In this document: piece after piece, positions 1 to 8,525 of the stretch | How the letters are laid out: each line of letters begins with the position of its first letter | Numbering within the stretch: position 1 is the stretch's first letter | Notes under the pieces: generated by a model | Database searches by the model: none | Told to the model about the DNA's origin: nothing | Seen by the model: the letters and a program-made list of their open reading frames with translations, nothing else | Position numbers and translations under genes: made by a program | IMG/VR virus record: IMGVR_UViG_3300020470_000460 | Span: 10,411-74,410 of that record | Source: a virus | Reading direction: 5' to 3' (one strand) | Length of the DNA stretch: 64,000 bases

Positions 1-31
1 AATAATGCCTGGTGCGATTACATGCTATTTG

Positions 32-146
32 TGTTAATTAGTCCCCACACAGTTGTTGTTAATTAGTGGGTATACGGTTTGTGTTAATTAGTGGGGGTAA
101 TATGCACCCCCTTATGTGTTAACAACTGTGTGTGCCTATGTGTTAA
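32..146. repeat. Phased direct repeats TGTTAATTAGT plus a 12-bp inverted repeat
   Basis: TGTTAATTAGT at 32, 57 and 82 (25-bp period); TATGTGTTAA at 113 and 137; CACACAGTTGTT (46-57) is the reverse complement of 121-132. Confidence 0.85.
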
Positions 147-527
147 GAATCGCTGCTAAATTGCGTTGCGTCGAGTAATGCTAACTTCTCGCTTTTAAAC
201 GGTCCATTCTTATTACATCCATCGTAATTATACGCCCAAAAGTATTTCCTACGTGTTTCCCAGATCTTTACATCTACTGGGGGAATTGTCTGAATGGTTG
301 TTACTTTGGTCATGGCAATTAGGGGCAAGTTTGTGTTAGGCAGTAGGGGGCAAATCGTTGCGGGATTGTTTATACTTTTCCACATAGTCTGTGGAATTGT
401 TATCACTTTCCCTGCGATACTTTGTCTTGGATTGTTTACGCTTTTCTCTCAAACTTTTCGCCCTATGTGATGAATAGGGGTCATTACGTTTGTATGTCCT
501 TCCCATTGGTAATTTGCTTACAATGTA

Positions 528-556
528 ATAATAACCGAGATCGATTGCGTTGTCAA
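528..556 (-). promoter_or_regulatory. sigma70-type promoter
   Basis: TTGACA-17-TATTAT on the minus strand. Confidence 0.55.
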
Positions 557-592
557 GGGTTATAACGAGATTGTGGCAATTCTTAGCAATTG

Positions 593-621
593 TTGACAAA
601 AATCCGTCGATAGATTACGCT
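593..621 (+). promoter_or_regulatory. sigma70-type promoter, antisense to local genes
   Basis: TTGACA-17-TACGCT on the plus strand. Confidence 0.45.
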
Positions 622-802
622 CTAAGACAACACTTTGTTACGCTATTTATGGGGGTTTAAATAACACTCTACTACATTTATTTAACCATTTAAAATATAC
701 ACTACTTTTCCACAATCTCTCCGCAAAGTGTGGAAAACTGTTGAAAATCTGTGGATTCATTGTTATCAATTAGTAGTGATGATTAGGTCGTAATTGTTGT
801 TA

Positions 803-1165
803 TTATCTTAGGTATAAGTATCCTCCTGCCCAATCACATTTAGTAAAGCAAGTTTGCGGATCAGTTAATAAATTGTATCGTGCAATATCTGCTGGTTTGT
901 TCCAACTTGCTGGTTTATATACATGCCCTAATAGTTTATCTACGAAGCAATGTACAGAATTGTCAGTAATAACTTTCCAATACTTTCTTCCTAGTTTAAT
1001 TTCAACATTGTAGGGCAAATCGTGTCCTGCTCGTTGATAAGAATTGAGGATGTAATCTTTGAGTTTGTTTACATTTTTCTCTATCACTTTTGCGTCATAA
1101 GCAAAATCTTTGCGAAAGTGATGTTCTTTAACAGCAGAGATCAAATCTTGTCTAGGTTGTGTCAT
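803..1165 (-). CDS. Conserved phage hypothetical early protein
   Basis: 120-aa ORF with GRKYWKV...VHCFVD...YKPASW...YL motifs typical of a phage family. Confidence 0.75.
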   Translation of the reverse strand: MTQPRQDLISAVKEHHFRKDFAYDAKVIEKNVNKLKDYILNSYQRAGHDLPYNVEIKLGRKYWKVITDNSVHCFVDKLLGHVYKPASWNKPADIARYNLLTDPQTCFTKCDWAGGYLYLR

Positions 1166-1332
1166 TTAAGGAAAAACAGTTGTTGTTAATTAGTGTTTAA
1201 TCTGAAAGTATATTTAACTTGCGTGATCTTGGGGGATTGTACACACTTTGTGCAATTGGTTTGTTGTTAGTAACTGATTGGTAGATTTTGAGCAATGTAT
1301 CAGAATTGAGGGAAATTGTGTTTGGATTTGTT

Positions 1333-1578
1333 TTAATTAGCATGGGTAAATGCGAAGTCGTTGAGTGATAATGAGTTGGCATGATTTACCTTATTAATGA
1401 TACACGCATGATGAATATTGAATATTTCCTTATAACTAACTCCCTCCCAATCTGTCCACTCTGTTACATAATCTTCATGATCAAAATCACCTGTATTATC
1501 AACATTTAAGGGGCATGATTTGAAATCATTGTTATCATCTATCCAGAAGATTCGACCAAAGAAATTAGATTTAAACAT
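1333..1578 (-). CDS. Hypothetical cyanophage early protein
   Basis: 81-aa ATG ORF directly downstream of an early promoter. Confidence 0.7.
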   Translation of the reverse strand: MFKSNFFGRIFWIDDNNDFKSCPLNVDNTGDFDHEDYVTEWTDWEGVSYKEIFNIHHACIINKVNHANSLSLNDFAFTHAN

Positions 1579-1607
1579 GTGAAAGATTGGGGGTTGTTGT
1601 TGTTACT

Positions 1608-1663
1608 ATTATAGGGTATTAATAGCGAGTTGGGATGTGATCGTAGGCACTAATATTAGTGTC
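1608..1663 (-). promoter_or_regulatory. Early promoter: TATAAT plus upstream palindrome
   Basis: -10 at 1608-1613; GGCA-CTAATATTAG-TGTC at 1646-1663. Confidence 0.65.
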
Positions 1664-1888
1664 ACAAAGTCTATTGACAATCTCATCTTCTGCCTTGTAT
1701 GATGATAGTTTCTCTCTAATTGTGACGTATTTGTTGTCAATTAGTGAGAAAATTGTATCCCATTCAGTGTTAGTTAATCTTGGATACTTGTTGTTATGTT
1801 TAATAACAACCTTTGCATCTAATTCACTATTAGTGGCATTAGGATTTGCAGTCTTTGTATACACTGGGCGAGGATTTAACTTAGGCAT
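1619..1888 (-). CDS. Hypothetical protein (probable start MPKLNP)
   Basis: ORF track; internal ATG preferred as start. Confidence 0.55.
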   Translation of the reverse strand: MPKLNPRPVYTKTANPNATNSELDAKVVIKHNNKYPRLTNTEWDTIFSLIDNKYVTIREKLSSYKAEDEIVNRLCDTNISAYDHIPTRY

Positions 1889-2110
1889 TGTGTTAGTTTC
1901 CTTAGAGTGATTAACGTAAAGTGGTTCTAAATCAGGAGTGATAATTACTTCCATTAAGTAACAACTCCCCATTCATACTTAGGTACTATTGAGTGACAAG
2001 ATTGGCAACCAAGGGCATAGAACGAAAAATGGTAAACTGTATGCGTTGATTTACAATCAGGGCACACAATTTGTTTGCCATTCTTTCCTGCTCTAGTGTA
2101 ACGATTAACT

Positions 2111-2326
2111 TTATTCATTATCATCTACCTCACTAAATGCTACCTCATAACATAACCCTTCGGCAATGAAATAATCACACAATTGTTGATACTGAGTCAA
2201 CTCATTGTGTAGGTCACAATCTATTAAGAACTGTGCCATCTCTACTTGTAAATCTTCGGGCAATTGTCCCGCATCATAAGCATCAAGTAGCAATGCTAAT
2301 TTCTTTGGAAGTTTAGATTTAGTCAT
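2111..2326 (-). CDS. Hypothetical acidic early protein
   Basis: 71-aa ORF overlapping the upstream ORF. Confidence 0.7.
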   Translation of the reverse strand: MTKSKLPKKLALLLDAYDAGQLPEDLQVEMAQFLIDCDLHNELTQYQQLCDYFIAEGLCYEVAFSEVDDNE

Positions 2327-2546
2327 GAAATCCTGGAATGAATGTTTCTAGTTTATTGGTAGTAATATCATGACTATTGTTCTCAACTAGATCCCAAATT
2401 GCGATATAATCTGTTAACCAGTTGCGTTGAACTTCTGTTAATTCATTATAACTGGTAACAAGCAAATCATCCGCACTAAGGTATTCTAATTCGTTGGATT
2501 TACACCAGTTGTAGAGTAAATCAGTGAGTGATTCTAGCATGGTCAT
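2319..2546 (-). CDS. Hypothetical early protein
   Basis: ORF track; start likely MTMLES, after the hairpin at 2561-2577. Confidence 0.6.
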   Translation of the reverse strand: MTMLESLTDLLYNWCKSNELEYLSADDLLVTSYNELTEVQRNWLTDYIAIWDLVENNSHDITTNKLETFIPGFHD

Positions 2547-2551
2547 AATGT

Positions 2552-2577
2552 AAAGAAAAAGGGGCAATAAATGCCCC
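2552..2577 (-). terminator. Intrinsic terminator
   Basis: GGGGCA/TGCCCC stem followed by a T-run on the minus strand. Confidence 0.55.
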
Positions 2578-2752
2578 ATAAGTGTGAACTAGCGTTGTGC
2601 TAGGTAGTTGTCAATTAGTGCGATCAATTCGTTTCCAGTTTGTGCACGTGAGAGTGATTCAACAAGAAAATTAAATGATACTGACTGAGACATGATTAGA
2701 AGAGAGTAAACAACATTTAGTTTAGAGTCATTTCGGACTATTTAACATTTAG

Positions 2753-3067
2753 TTAGACTGCTTCCATTCCTGAGAAGAATGGGACGGTACCAACCTTAGA
2801 AGAATTGTAGTACCAAGTGAAGTCCTTTTGAAATACTCCCCCATCACATGTCACCTCACTAAGTAAAGCATTTAGACGAGATTTGGTAGTCACTGACTGC
2901 CATCCTCCATCTAGTATCTGCACAAATGTGTCACCTACTCTTGCAATTAGGTTGCCATGTAGGTAAACATTGGCAGTGCGGTCATTCCAAGTCACTTGAG
3001 TATTTGCCTTAGAAAAGTTTGATCTGTTTCTGATGGCAGAATTCATTTGTGCTTCGATTTTACGCAT
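2753..3067 (-). CDS. Conserved cyanophage hypothetical protein (MRKIEAQM...)
   Basis: HGNLIA, DGGWQSxTTKSRLNALL motifs; follows an early promoter. Confidence 0.75.
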   Translation of the reverse strand: MRKIEAQMNSAIRNRSNFSKANTQVTWNDRTANVYLHGNLIARVGDTFVQILDGGWQSVTTKSRLNALLSEVTCDGGVFQKDFTWYYNSSKVGTVPFFSGMEAV

Positions 3068-3119
3068 GTTTGAAGTGTTGTAAGGGTTGAAAATCGGTGG
3101 TTTTGCCTCCGATACACTC

Positions 3120-3175
3120 ATTATAGGGCATATTGCGGAGAGTGTGCGGAAAAGTGGACACTTTGCGTACTGTCC
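3120..3175 (-). promoter_or_regulatory. Early promoter: TATAAT plus palindrome
   Basis: -10 at 3120-3125; GGACA-N10-TGTCC at 3156-3175. Confidence 0.7.
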
Positions 3176-4407
3176 TAGCAATATGCGGTTGTGTGGTGTC
3201 CTTCTGTAAAAATATCATTTACGACTCTTTGAATACGGTTAACAGTCTTCGTGCCGTAATTCTTGTGAGTAGGAATAACACAATTGCCAGAGGATTTGCG
3301 ATACAAACTAAGAACCCCAGCAGGAATAGTGCCTTGATTAATACTTTCGGCATCTTCTTTGTGTAACCTAATAACTCTACCGATAGTCTGTGCCATCTCC
3401 ACGATGTTAAGATTTCGCAGCAATAACGTATGAGATAGTCCACTAACGTTGATACCTTCTGATAAAATACTATAATGAAAGATAACAAATTTCCTCTCTG
3501 TTTGATATCCCCACTCTTTGAGAGTGTTAAAGAACGTCGTGCGATTGACTTTAGTTTTGTTAACATAAGCACCAAACTTAGAGGTAATATGTAATACATC
3601 AAACCCCTGATCTTCAAGAGATTTGAGTAATGTTGTGTGCCCTAGCATGTTATTAAGTATGCGTGAAGATGGGACACTAACTAACACTTTAGCACCATCA
3701 TAGTTGTTAATACTTTTGATGAAAGATTCAACAGTTAATGAATGATGCACATAAGCATTTTCTTTTGTAAAATGTGTATCAACTGGGAATGATTGCACGT
3801 TAGGTGGTATAATTGATCCACATTTAATAAGATCACGTGCATCAACATCAATTAAGATTCTACCCCAAATTGATACATTATTCATGCCTCTATCATGCTT
3901 ATATGATATTTTAGGTGTAGCAGTAAAGTAATAACAACGTGATGCAATTTGACTACATGCACTAACACTTTTAAAGAAAGTCCTTGCAGTGCCGTTGTGT
4001 GCTTCATCAAAATATATTGTATCAATTGTTATATTACTGTCTACAACTCTTGATAGAGAATGATAAGTTGTGAAGAGTAATTTATCACCTGGAGTGTTAT
4101 CAATCCAGTGCTTAATCTCTTCTGGTTTGGTAGAACTAAGGTGCTTAGTCCTTCCACTATGTGCATGAAATACATTTAGATTAGGTGATATTTTGTCACC
4201 TAATTGATGTATAAAATCATCACATAATTGTTGTGCTAATAGTATACGAGGTGCTACAATTACTGTGACATTGTTATCAAGATTGTCAATGCAATCTTTG
4301 ATCATAATCATAGTTTTGCCACCACCAGTAGGTACTATTATTTGCCCAACATTCTCAGACTGCATAACATTTAATGCAGCAGATTGATGAGGTCTTAAAG
4401 TAATCAA
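3175..4407 (-). CDS. SF2 DEAH-box helicase (ResIII-like)
   Basis: LRPHQ Q-motif, PTGGGKT, DEAH, TAT, SEGIN, QTIGRVIR. Confidence 0.9.
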   Translation of the reverse strand: MITLRPHQSAALNVMQSENVGQIIVPTGGGKTMIMIKDCIDNLDNNVTVIVAPRILLAQQLCDDFIHQLGDKISPNLNVFHAHSGRTKHLSSTKPEEIKHWIDNTPGDKLLFTTYHSLSRVVDSNITIDTIYFDEAHNGTARTFFKSVSACSQIASRCYYFTATPKISYKHDRGMNNVSIWGRILIDVDARDLIKCGSIIPPNVQSFPVDTHFTKENAYVHHSLTVESFIKSINNYDGAKVLVSVPSSRILNNMLGHTTLLKSLEDQGFDVLHITSKFGAYVNKTKVNRTTFFNTLKEWGYQTERKFVIFHYSILSEGINVSGLSHTLLLRNLNIVEMAQTIGRVIRLHKEDAESINQGTIPAGVLSLYRKSSGNCVIPTHKNYGTKTVNRIQRVVNDIFTEGHHTTAYC

Positions 4408-4433
4408 AGGCAGTAATTTGTAACTACTCTATT

Positions 4434-4491
4434 AATATACATGAAAAAAGCACCCTTTGGGGTGCTTTGTGGACAGTTTGTAGAGTGTCAC
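4434..4491 (-). promoter_or_regulatory. Early promoter: TATATT plus palindrome
   Basis: -10 at 4434-4439; GACA-N10-TGTC at 4472-4489. Confidence 0.6.
4444..4468 (-). terminator. Intrinsic terminator nested in an early promoter
   Basis: AAAGCACCC/GGGTGCTTT stem with a T-run. Confidence 0.7.
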
Positions 4492-4814
4492 TCAGAGACA
4501 AATGCTCGATTGTAAGATGAAACAACGTAGTCATAACCTTGCTTTACGAGTGGTTTTGTTTGCTCGTAAACCCACTTTATGTCCTTAATTAACTCTTTGA
4601 TCTCGTAATTGTGGATCTCAAGTCTAATATTGAAGTCCTTTTGATAGTCTTCAAATTTGAGGAGTGGGGTTGGTCTCACTGGTGTTTCAACTGTCATTTG
4701 CTTTACCTCTTTGATGGTTGGTACTGTCTTGACTGCTTTAGGGGCAGTTGCCTTGCGTGTCCTTCTCTTACGTGGTGTTGTAGAGGTTGACTTGCGAGGT
4801 GTTGCAGTTGGCAT
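4488..4814 (-). CDS. Hypothetical protein with a basic TPRK/RRTRK N-terminus
   Basis: ATG at 4814; Lys/Arg/Thr-rich tail. Confidence 0.7.
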   Translation of the reverse strand: MPTATPRKSTSTTPRKRRTRKATAPKAVKTVPTIKEVKQMTVETPVRPTPLLKFEDYQKDFNIRLEIHNYEIKELIKDIKWVYEQTKPLVKQGYDYVVSSYNRAFVSE

Positions 4815-4837
4815 AAATGACCAGTTGTAAGGGGTGA

Positions 4838-4904
4838 GCGAAACGAAACCCAATAACCGTCAGATGAGCAATTAAGTCAGTTACTGCGGGTGGGATCGTT
4901 TCGC
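4838..4904 (-). ncRNA. Structured RNA hairpin, abiF-motif-like
   Basis: GCGAAACGA/UCGUUUCGC outer stem, CCCA/UGGG and CCG-CAG/CUG-CGG inner stems; starts about 7 nt below TATAAT at 4911-4916; family recognised from memory. Confidence 0.6.
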
Positions 4905-4977
4905 ATGTTCATTATAACTTGACAAGTGGTCATTTTTGACTAAATCGTTACAATATGCAACAAAAAAGTCCAGTTTG

Positions 4978-5376
4978 TCAACTGTCTACTAATTCATATT
5001 GTTTATTGAAGATCTGTTTTGTTACATCTTCATTTATATAATTCTCTATGTATTCTTTACAACTAGCAACAGTAGGGAATGCTGCTATTCTTTCATAAGT
5101 CCATAAAGTATTGCCATTAAATATCATCGGGTTGAGCACTTTATCTGTTGCAGATATAAACCTTTTCATGCCTTCTGCATTGCCTAATTGACATGCAATA
5201 CGTGCATTAACCCTGTATTCATCATCAGTTTCACCACTATAATAAGTATTCTCAACTATAGTAAATGATGGTAATTGTTTACCATTAACATTAACACTAT
5301 CGTCAGTGTGATAGATGTCCTCATAGTATTTGAGTTCATCATTATCTCTTTGACTATTTGTTATTTGTAATGCCAT
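4978..5376 (-). CDS. Hypothetical protein
   Basis: 132-aa ORF. Confidence 0.7.
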   Translation of the reverse strand: MALQITNSQRDNDELKYYEDIYHTDDSVNVNGKQLPSFTIVENTYYSGETDDEYRVNARIACQLGNAEGMKRFISATDKVLNPMIFNGNTLWTYERIAAFPTVASCKEYIENYINEDVTKQIFNKQYELVDS

Positions 5377-5551
5377 TTTCGAGATCAGATAATAGGTCAG
5401 TTACGTGTATTAAATTATCAATATTATGCAGCATATCTGCAATATGTTTTGATACATAGGATGCTTCAGTTCTTGCACTAAATGATAACGCATTGCGTAA
5501 ATCTTGTTGTGCTTCTATTAAACTTTCTTCAACTTGTTTGCTTAAAGTCAT
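5354..5551 (-). CDS. Conserved cyanophage hypothetical protein
   Basis: MTLSKQVEESLIEAQ..LRNAL.F.AR.E motif. Confidence 0.7.
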   Translation of the reverse strand: MTLSKQVEESLIEAQQDLRNALSFSARTEASYVSKHIADMLHNIDNLIHVTDLLSDLENGITNNK

Positions 5552-5621
5552 AATTAATAACCATTAATATAGGATGCTAAACTATCAATCATATCATTAT
5601 ATGTAGCATACTTATGTACAT

Positions 5622-5663
5622 AAAAATGAGGGATATTATCACTAGGTAGATAATAATATCCCT
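5622..5663 (-). terminator. Hairpin / probable terminator
   Basis: AGGGATATT/AATATCCCT stem, T-run downstream on the minus strand. Confidence 0.5.
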
Positions 5664-5711
5664 TTGGATTGATTGATCTATTGATGAATAGATTCATGTT
5701 GTGAGTGTTAC

Positions 5712-5858
5712 TTACTGACATAAATCCTCAAATCGTTGATAAACAATGGATTCAATTTCACTGTCTGTATACATTGCAATGTTACCAGTTTGTGTTATTT
5801 CATCCATGAATTCATCATAGATTGTTTCAAGAATTGATTCATGATGTAGAGTTGACAT
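5712..5858 (-). CDS. Small hypothetical protein (48 aa, MSTLHHESILETIYDE...FEDLCQ)
   Basis: Manual translation; below track cutoff; coupled to the upstream ORF. Confidence 0.65.
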   Translation of the reverse strand: MSTLHHESILETIYDEFMDEITQTGNIAMYTDSEIESIVYQRFEDLCQ

Positions 5859-6010
5859 TAGTAACTAGATCTCCATAATTGTTGAATAGTGTCAATAATT
5901 TGTGGATCTTTAATGTCACTTAGGATAGAATCCCATTGATCTTCAGTGAAGAAATCCCACATCTTATTTAACTCATTGTGAGTGTAATCTTTGCCGTTGA
6001 TTGTAAACAT
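5858..6010 (-). CDS. Small hypothetical protein (50 aa, MFTINGKDY...)
   Basis: Manual translation; stop overlaps the next start. Confidence 0.6.
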   Translation of the reverse strand: MFTINGKDYTHNELNKMWDFFTEDQWDSILSDIKDPQIIDTIQQLWRSSY

Positions 6011-6013
6011 TGA

Positions 6014-6424
6014 TTAAACTCCTTGATTGATAACTTTGTCCCACACATTTGAGAATTGTTCAACAGTGAAATCACCGTCATCATCAAGTTTTGTGTCAAT
6101 GTCCAATGCTGCTGCACTTGCGAAGACTGCTTGAATCAAGTTCCAGTCGTCTTGAGTGAGTTGGTTAGATGCCATTTTTGCGTTGAGTTTGTTTGACTCT
6201 TTAATTATAGTCGAAAATGACCCAAATGGTGACCAAGGTGGACAGTTTGGAAATCGTCTTTGGATCTCTGCTTCTATTTGTATAAACAAATCCTCCATAT
6301 CATCGTTGTACAGACTACCTTTAGGGCACAAATTAGCGTCCTGTCTGTCCTCATACGGTTTATACATCCTAGCGATGGATAATACACCTCTTAAATATTT
6401 TAATTGCTTAAGATTGAGGTCCAT
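6014..6424 (-). CDS. Hypothetical protein, probably two fused units (internal start 6175)
   Basis: An early promoter lies inside the ORF at 6204-6258. Confidence 0.55.
   Translation of the reverse strand: MDLNLKQLKYLRGVLSIARMYKPYEDRQDANLCPKGSLYNDDMEDLFIQIEAEIQRRFPNCPPWSPFGSFSTIIKESNKLNAKMASNQLTQDDWNLIQAVFASAAALDIDTKLDDDGDFTVEQFSNVWDKVINQGV
6204..6258 (-). promoter_or_regulatory. Early promoter: TATAAT plus palindrome
   Basis: -10 at 6204-6209; GACA-N10-CGTC at 6241-6258. Confidence 0.65.
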
Positions 6425-6592
6425 TCATACTCACATTTCTAATAATAATGACGTTTTGTTCATAATCAGGGATAAACTCTAATTTATCTTTATGATGCCA
6501 TAATAACTCTTCATAAAGTGCATTTAACCTGTCCATATCTTCCCATAAATCATTGACATGATCGGGGTGATCTTCTTCATAATTCATGTTAG

Positions 6593-7231
6593 TTATCCAG
6601 GTACAATATTTGCACTAAGTGTTATTAACTCATTGCTTGGGTTACTATCATAACCAAACGTTAAATTGCTAGGGAAAGTTATAATATCTCCTTCTGCCAT
6701 TTTAAATGTTGCTTCAGTCATATTATACTGTGTTAATTGTTTAGAATTGAGTTGCATTATTGGATAATGATTAGACCCTACATTCTTCCTCCATTTAATA
6801 TAACTATGTGCTTCAGGATTGTAGTTAACTAAGTATATACTATGGTACAAACAGTTACTAACTTCGTGAGGTGCATAAATGGCATCCTTATTTGATAACT
6901 CTAAATATGACTCATTAACTCTTAGATCAGTATTATAGTGCATTGAGTTATCATTATGCTGTGCAATTGCAGTTTTGAAAGCATCAGCAACATCAGGCAA
7001 ATCTGTCAATAGTTTATTAGTTTCACCAATTTGTACCACGTTGTGAGTTATACTTTCACGACCTGATTTCTTCAATATATCTTCATCACCCATCCAATTT
7101 AGGATTTGAGTTTTAAGATCTGTGTGATTACTAAGTGAGAACTTACTGATAGGAGTTGGGAACAAACCATAAGTTTCATTCGTAATCTTATCCTCTAAAG
7201 TATCACTTAGTGGGTGCTTAGTTTCTGTCAT
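6593..7231 (-). CDS. 2OG-Fe(II) oxygenase-like protein (TIGR02466-like), degenerate metal ligands
   Basis: LFPTPI start and FPSNL motif; HEV in place of HxH/D and no distal His. Confidence 0.7.
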   Translation of the reverse strand: MTETKHPLSDTLEDKITNETYGLFPTPISKFSLSNHTDLKTQILNWMGDEDILKKSGRESITHNVVQIGETNKLLTDLPDVADAFKTAIAQHNDNSMHYNTDLRVNESYLELSNKDAIYAPHEVSNCLYHSIYLVNYNPEAHSYIKWRKNVGSNHYPIMQLNSKQLTQYNMTEATFKMAEGDIITFPSNLTFGYDSNPSNELITLSANIVPG

Positions 7232-7239
7232 TTTATACG

Positions 7240-7863
7240 TTAATTAATGGGTTGTTCTTTACTATTATACCATGCCCAATCTTTATTATTAGGGTCTAAC
7301 ATTGAGTTTGTTAATTTAACACCAGTTGGATCAAATGTAGGGAAAACTAATCCCCAACTACAACGATATCCCTCGGTTGGACATTCACCACGATGCAAAG
7401 TATTGGAATTAAATAATACTAACCGTCCTTCCTTAAATGATATTCTTTCAATATCATTGTTATCATCATCAACAATAACTGTGTCACCTGAGTTACCATA
7501 ACCCATGTAAATTACAGTCATATAATTATCATCATCAGAGTCACGATGATTCATTCCGTTCATACTTTCCAGAGGAAATTGTCCGTTATGTAAACATCTA
7601 TACGTGTTAGATATATTTAATTCTTTACATATATCGTGCTTAATTGCGTCTATTAAATAAAAAATAAACCAATGTGGAGATTCTTTTAATTGCCAATTGT
7701 CTTCGATGAGTAACATATTACCCATGAATCGCTTGCCTTTCTTGATAGTATAATCAGAAGTATTATCCCATCTAACTGGCATCATACACATGTAATCTCT
7801 TACCTGTTGTACCATCCAATCAGGGAAATAATCATCTATAATTTTATACTCACCTGGTTTCAT
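7240..7863 (-). CDS. 2OG-Fe(II) oxygenase
   Basis: HRD...GRLVLFNS.TLHRG...R. Confidence 0.8.
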   Translation of the reverse strand: MKPGEYKIIDDYFPDWMVQQVRDYMCMMPVRWDNTSDYTIKKGKRFMGNMLLIEDNWQLKESPHWFIFYLIDAIKHDICKELNISNTYRCLHNGQFPLESMNGMNHRDSDDDNYMTVIYMGYGNSGDTVIVDDDNNDIERISFKEGRLVLFNSNTLHRGECPTEGYRCSWGLVFPTFDPTGVKLTNSMLDPNNKDWAWYNSKEQPIN

Positions 7864-8060
7864 TTGTTATAACGTGCTTCACGATCTTTCTTCGCTTGTG
7901 TTGCTTTAGCAATGATATCTTTCAACTCTTCAGTAGCATTTATCCTCTCAGATATTGACTGTTTGAGTTCATCTCCATCCATTTCTAGGTTTGAATATTT
8001 ATTAGTTAACTCCTGTAATTTACGCAGTGCACGTGCTGCTTCATCTGCTTCTTGTGTCAT
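7860..8060 (-). CDS. Hypothetical coiled-coil protein
   Basis: ORF with coupled start/stop. Confidence 0.65.
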   Translation of the reverse strand: MTQEADEAARALRKLQELTNKYSNLEMDGDELKQSISERINATEELKDIIAKATQAKKDREARYNK

Positions 8061-8329
8061 AATTGTTTACTAACAAACTCCTTATTTGTGATGTTATTTG
8101 TTAACAATTCATGGGCATTTTTGAGCAATTCTGCCCTATTAGAATGGTAATTTATGCTATCTTGTAATGCTGTCCTGACACAACTTACAAATTCTCCAGG
8201 AGTTAGCACTTCAGACTCAACATAATCTACCACTGCATCTCTGATGTGATGTATACATGCGTTGACATCTTGTTGGTGCATCGCTGCTGGATGCTCTGTC
8301 TCTGTCACATTTATATTAGAATTAGTCAA
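8057..8329 (-). CDS. Hypothetical protein
   Basis: 90-aa ORF in operon. Confidence 0.65.
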   Translation of the reverse strand: MTNSNINVTETEHPAAMHQQDVNACIHHIRDAVVDYVESEVLTPGEFVSCVRTALQDSINYHSNRAELLKNAHELLTNNITNKEFVSKQL

Positions 8330-8525
8330 TGATCTTATACTCCCAATTGGTATCGTTTTCAGTATTGATCCAGAACCAGAAGTCTGGATTGTCTAGTGAT
8401 GACAAGAATAGTTTATCTTGTCTCTTATGCTCCAGTTTGACAATATTCTTAGAGTTAAGATACTGTACATAGGTGAGTTTAGATTGCTCACTGATGGGTG
8501 TTACCCACACTTTCTGTCTAAGCAT
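8322..8525 (-). CDS. Hypothetical protein
   Basis: 67-aa ORF in operon. Confidence 0.65.
   Translation of the reverse strand: MLRQKVWVTPISEQSKLTYVQYLNSKNIVKLEHKRQDKLFLSSLDNPDFWFWINTENDTNWEYKIID

Larger units (their letters stand above)
376..758. promoter_or_regulatory. Cluster of DnaA-box-like 9-mers (candidate replication origin)
   Basis: Perfect TTTTCCACA at 376-384, 706-714 and (reverse) 729-737; near matches at 739-747, 750-758 and 390-398; AT-rich tract at about 655-700. Confidence 0.6.

Noticed and set aside
32-146. CRISPR array
   Set aside because: Repeats of 11 bp with 14-bp spacers are too short, and there is no cas locus.
143-599. Minus-strand ORFs 143-406 and 336-599
   Set aside because: Non-ATG starts and no motifs; they overlap promoters and DnaA-like boxes. 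Probably non-coding, though not excluded.
2712-2754. AACATTTAGTT direct repeat around a 4-bp hairpin
   Set aside because: Only two copies in AT-rich DNA; too weak to call.
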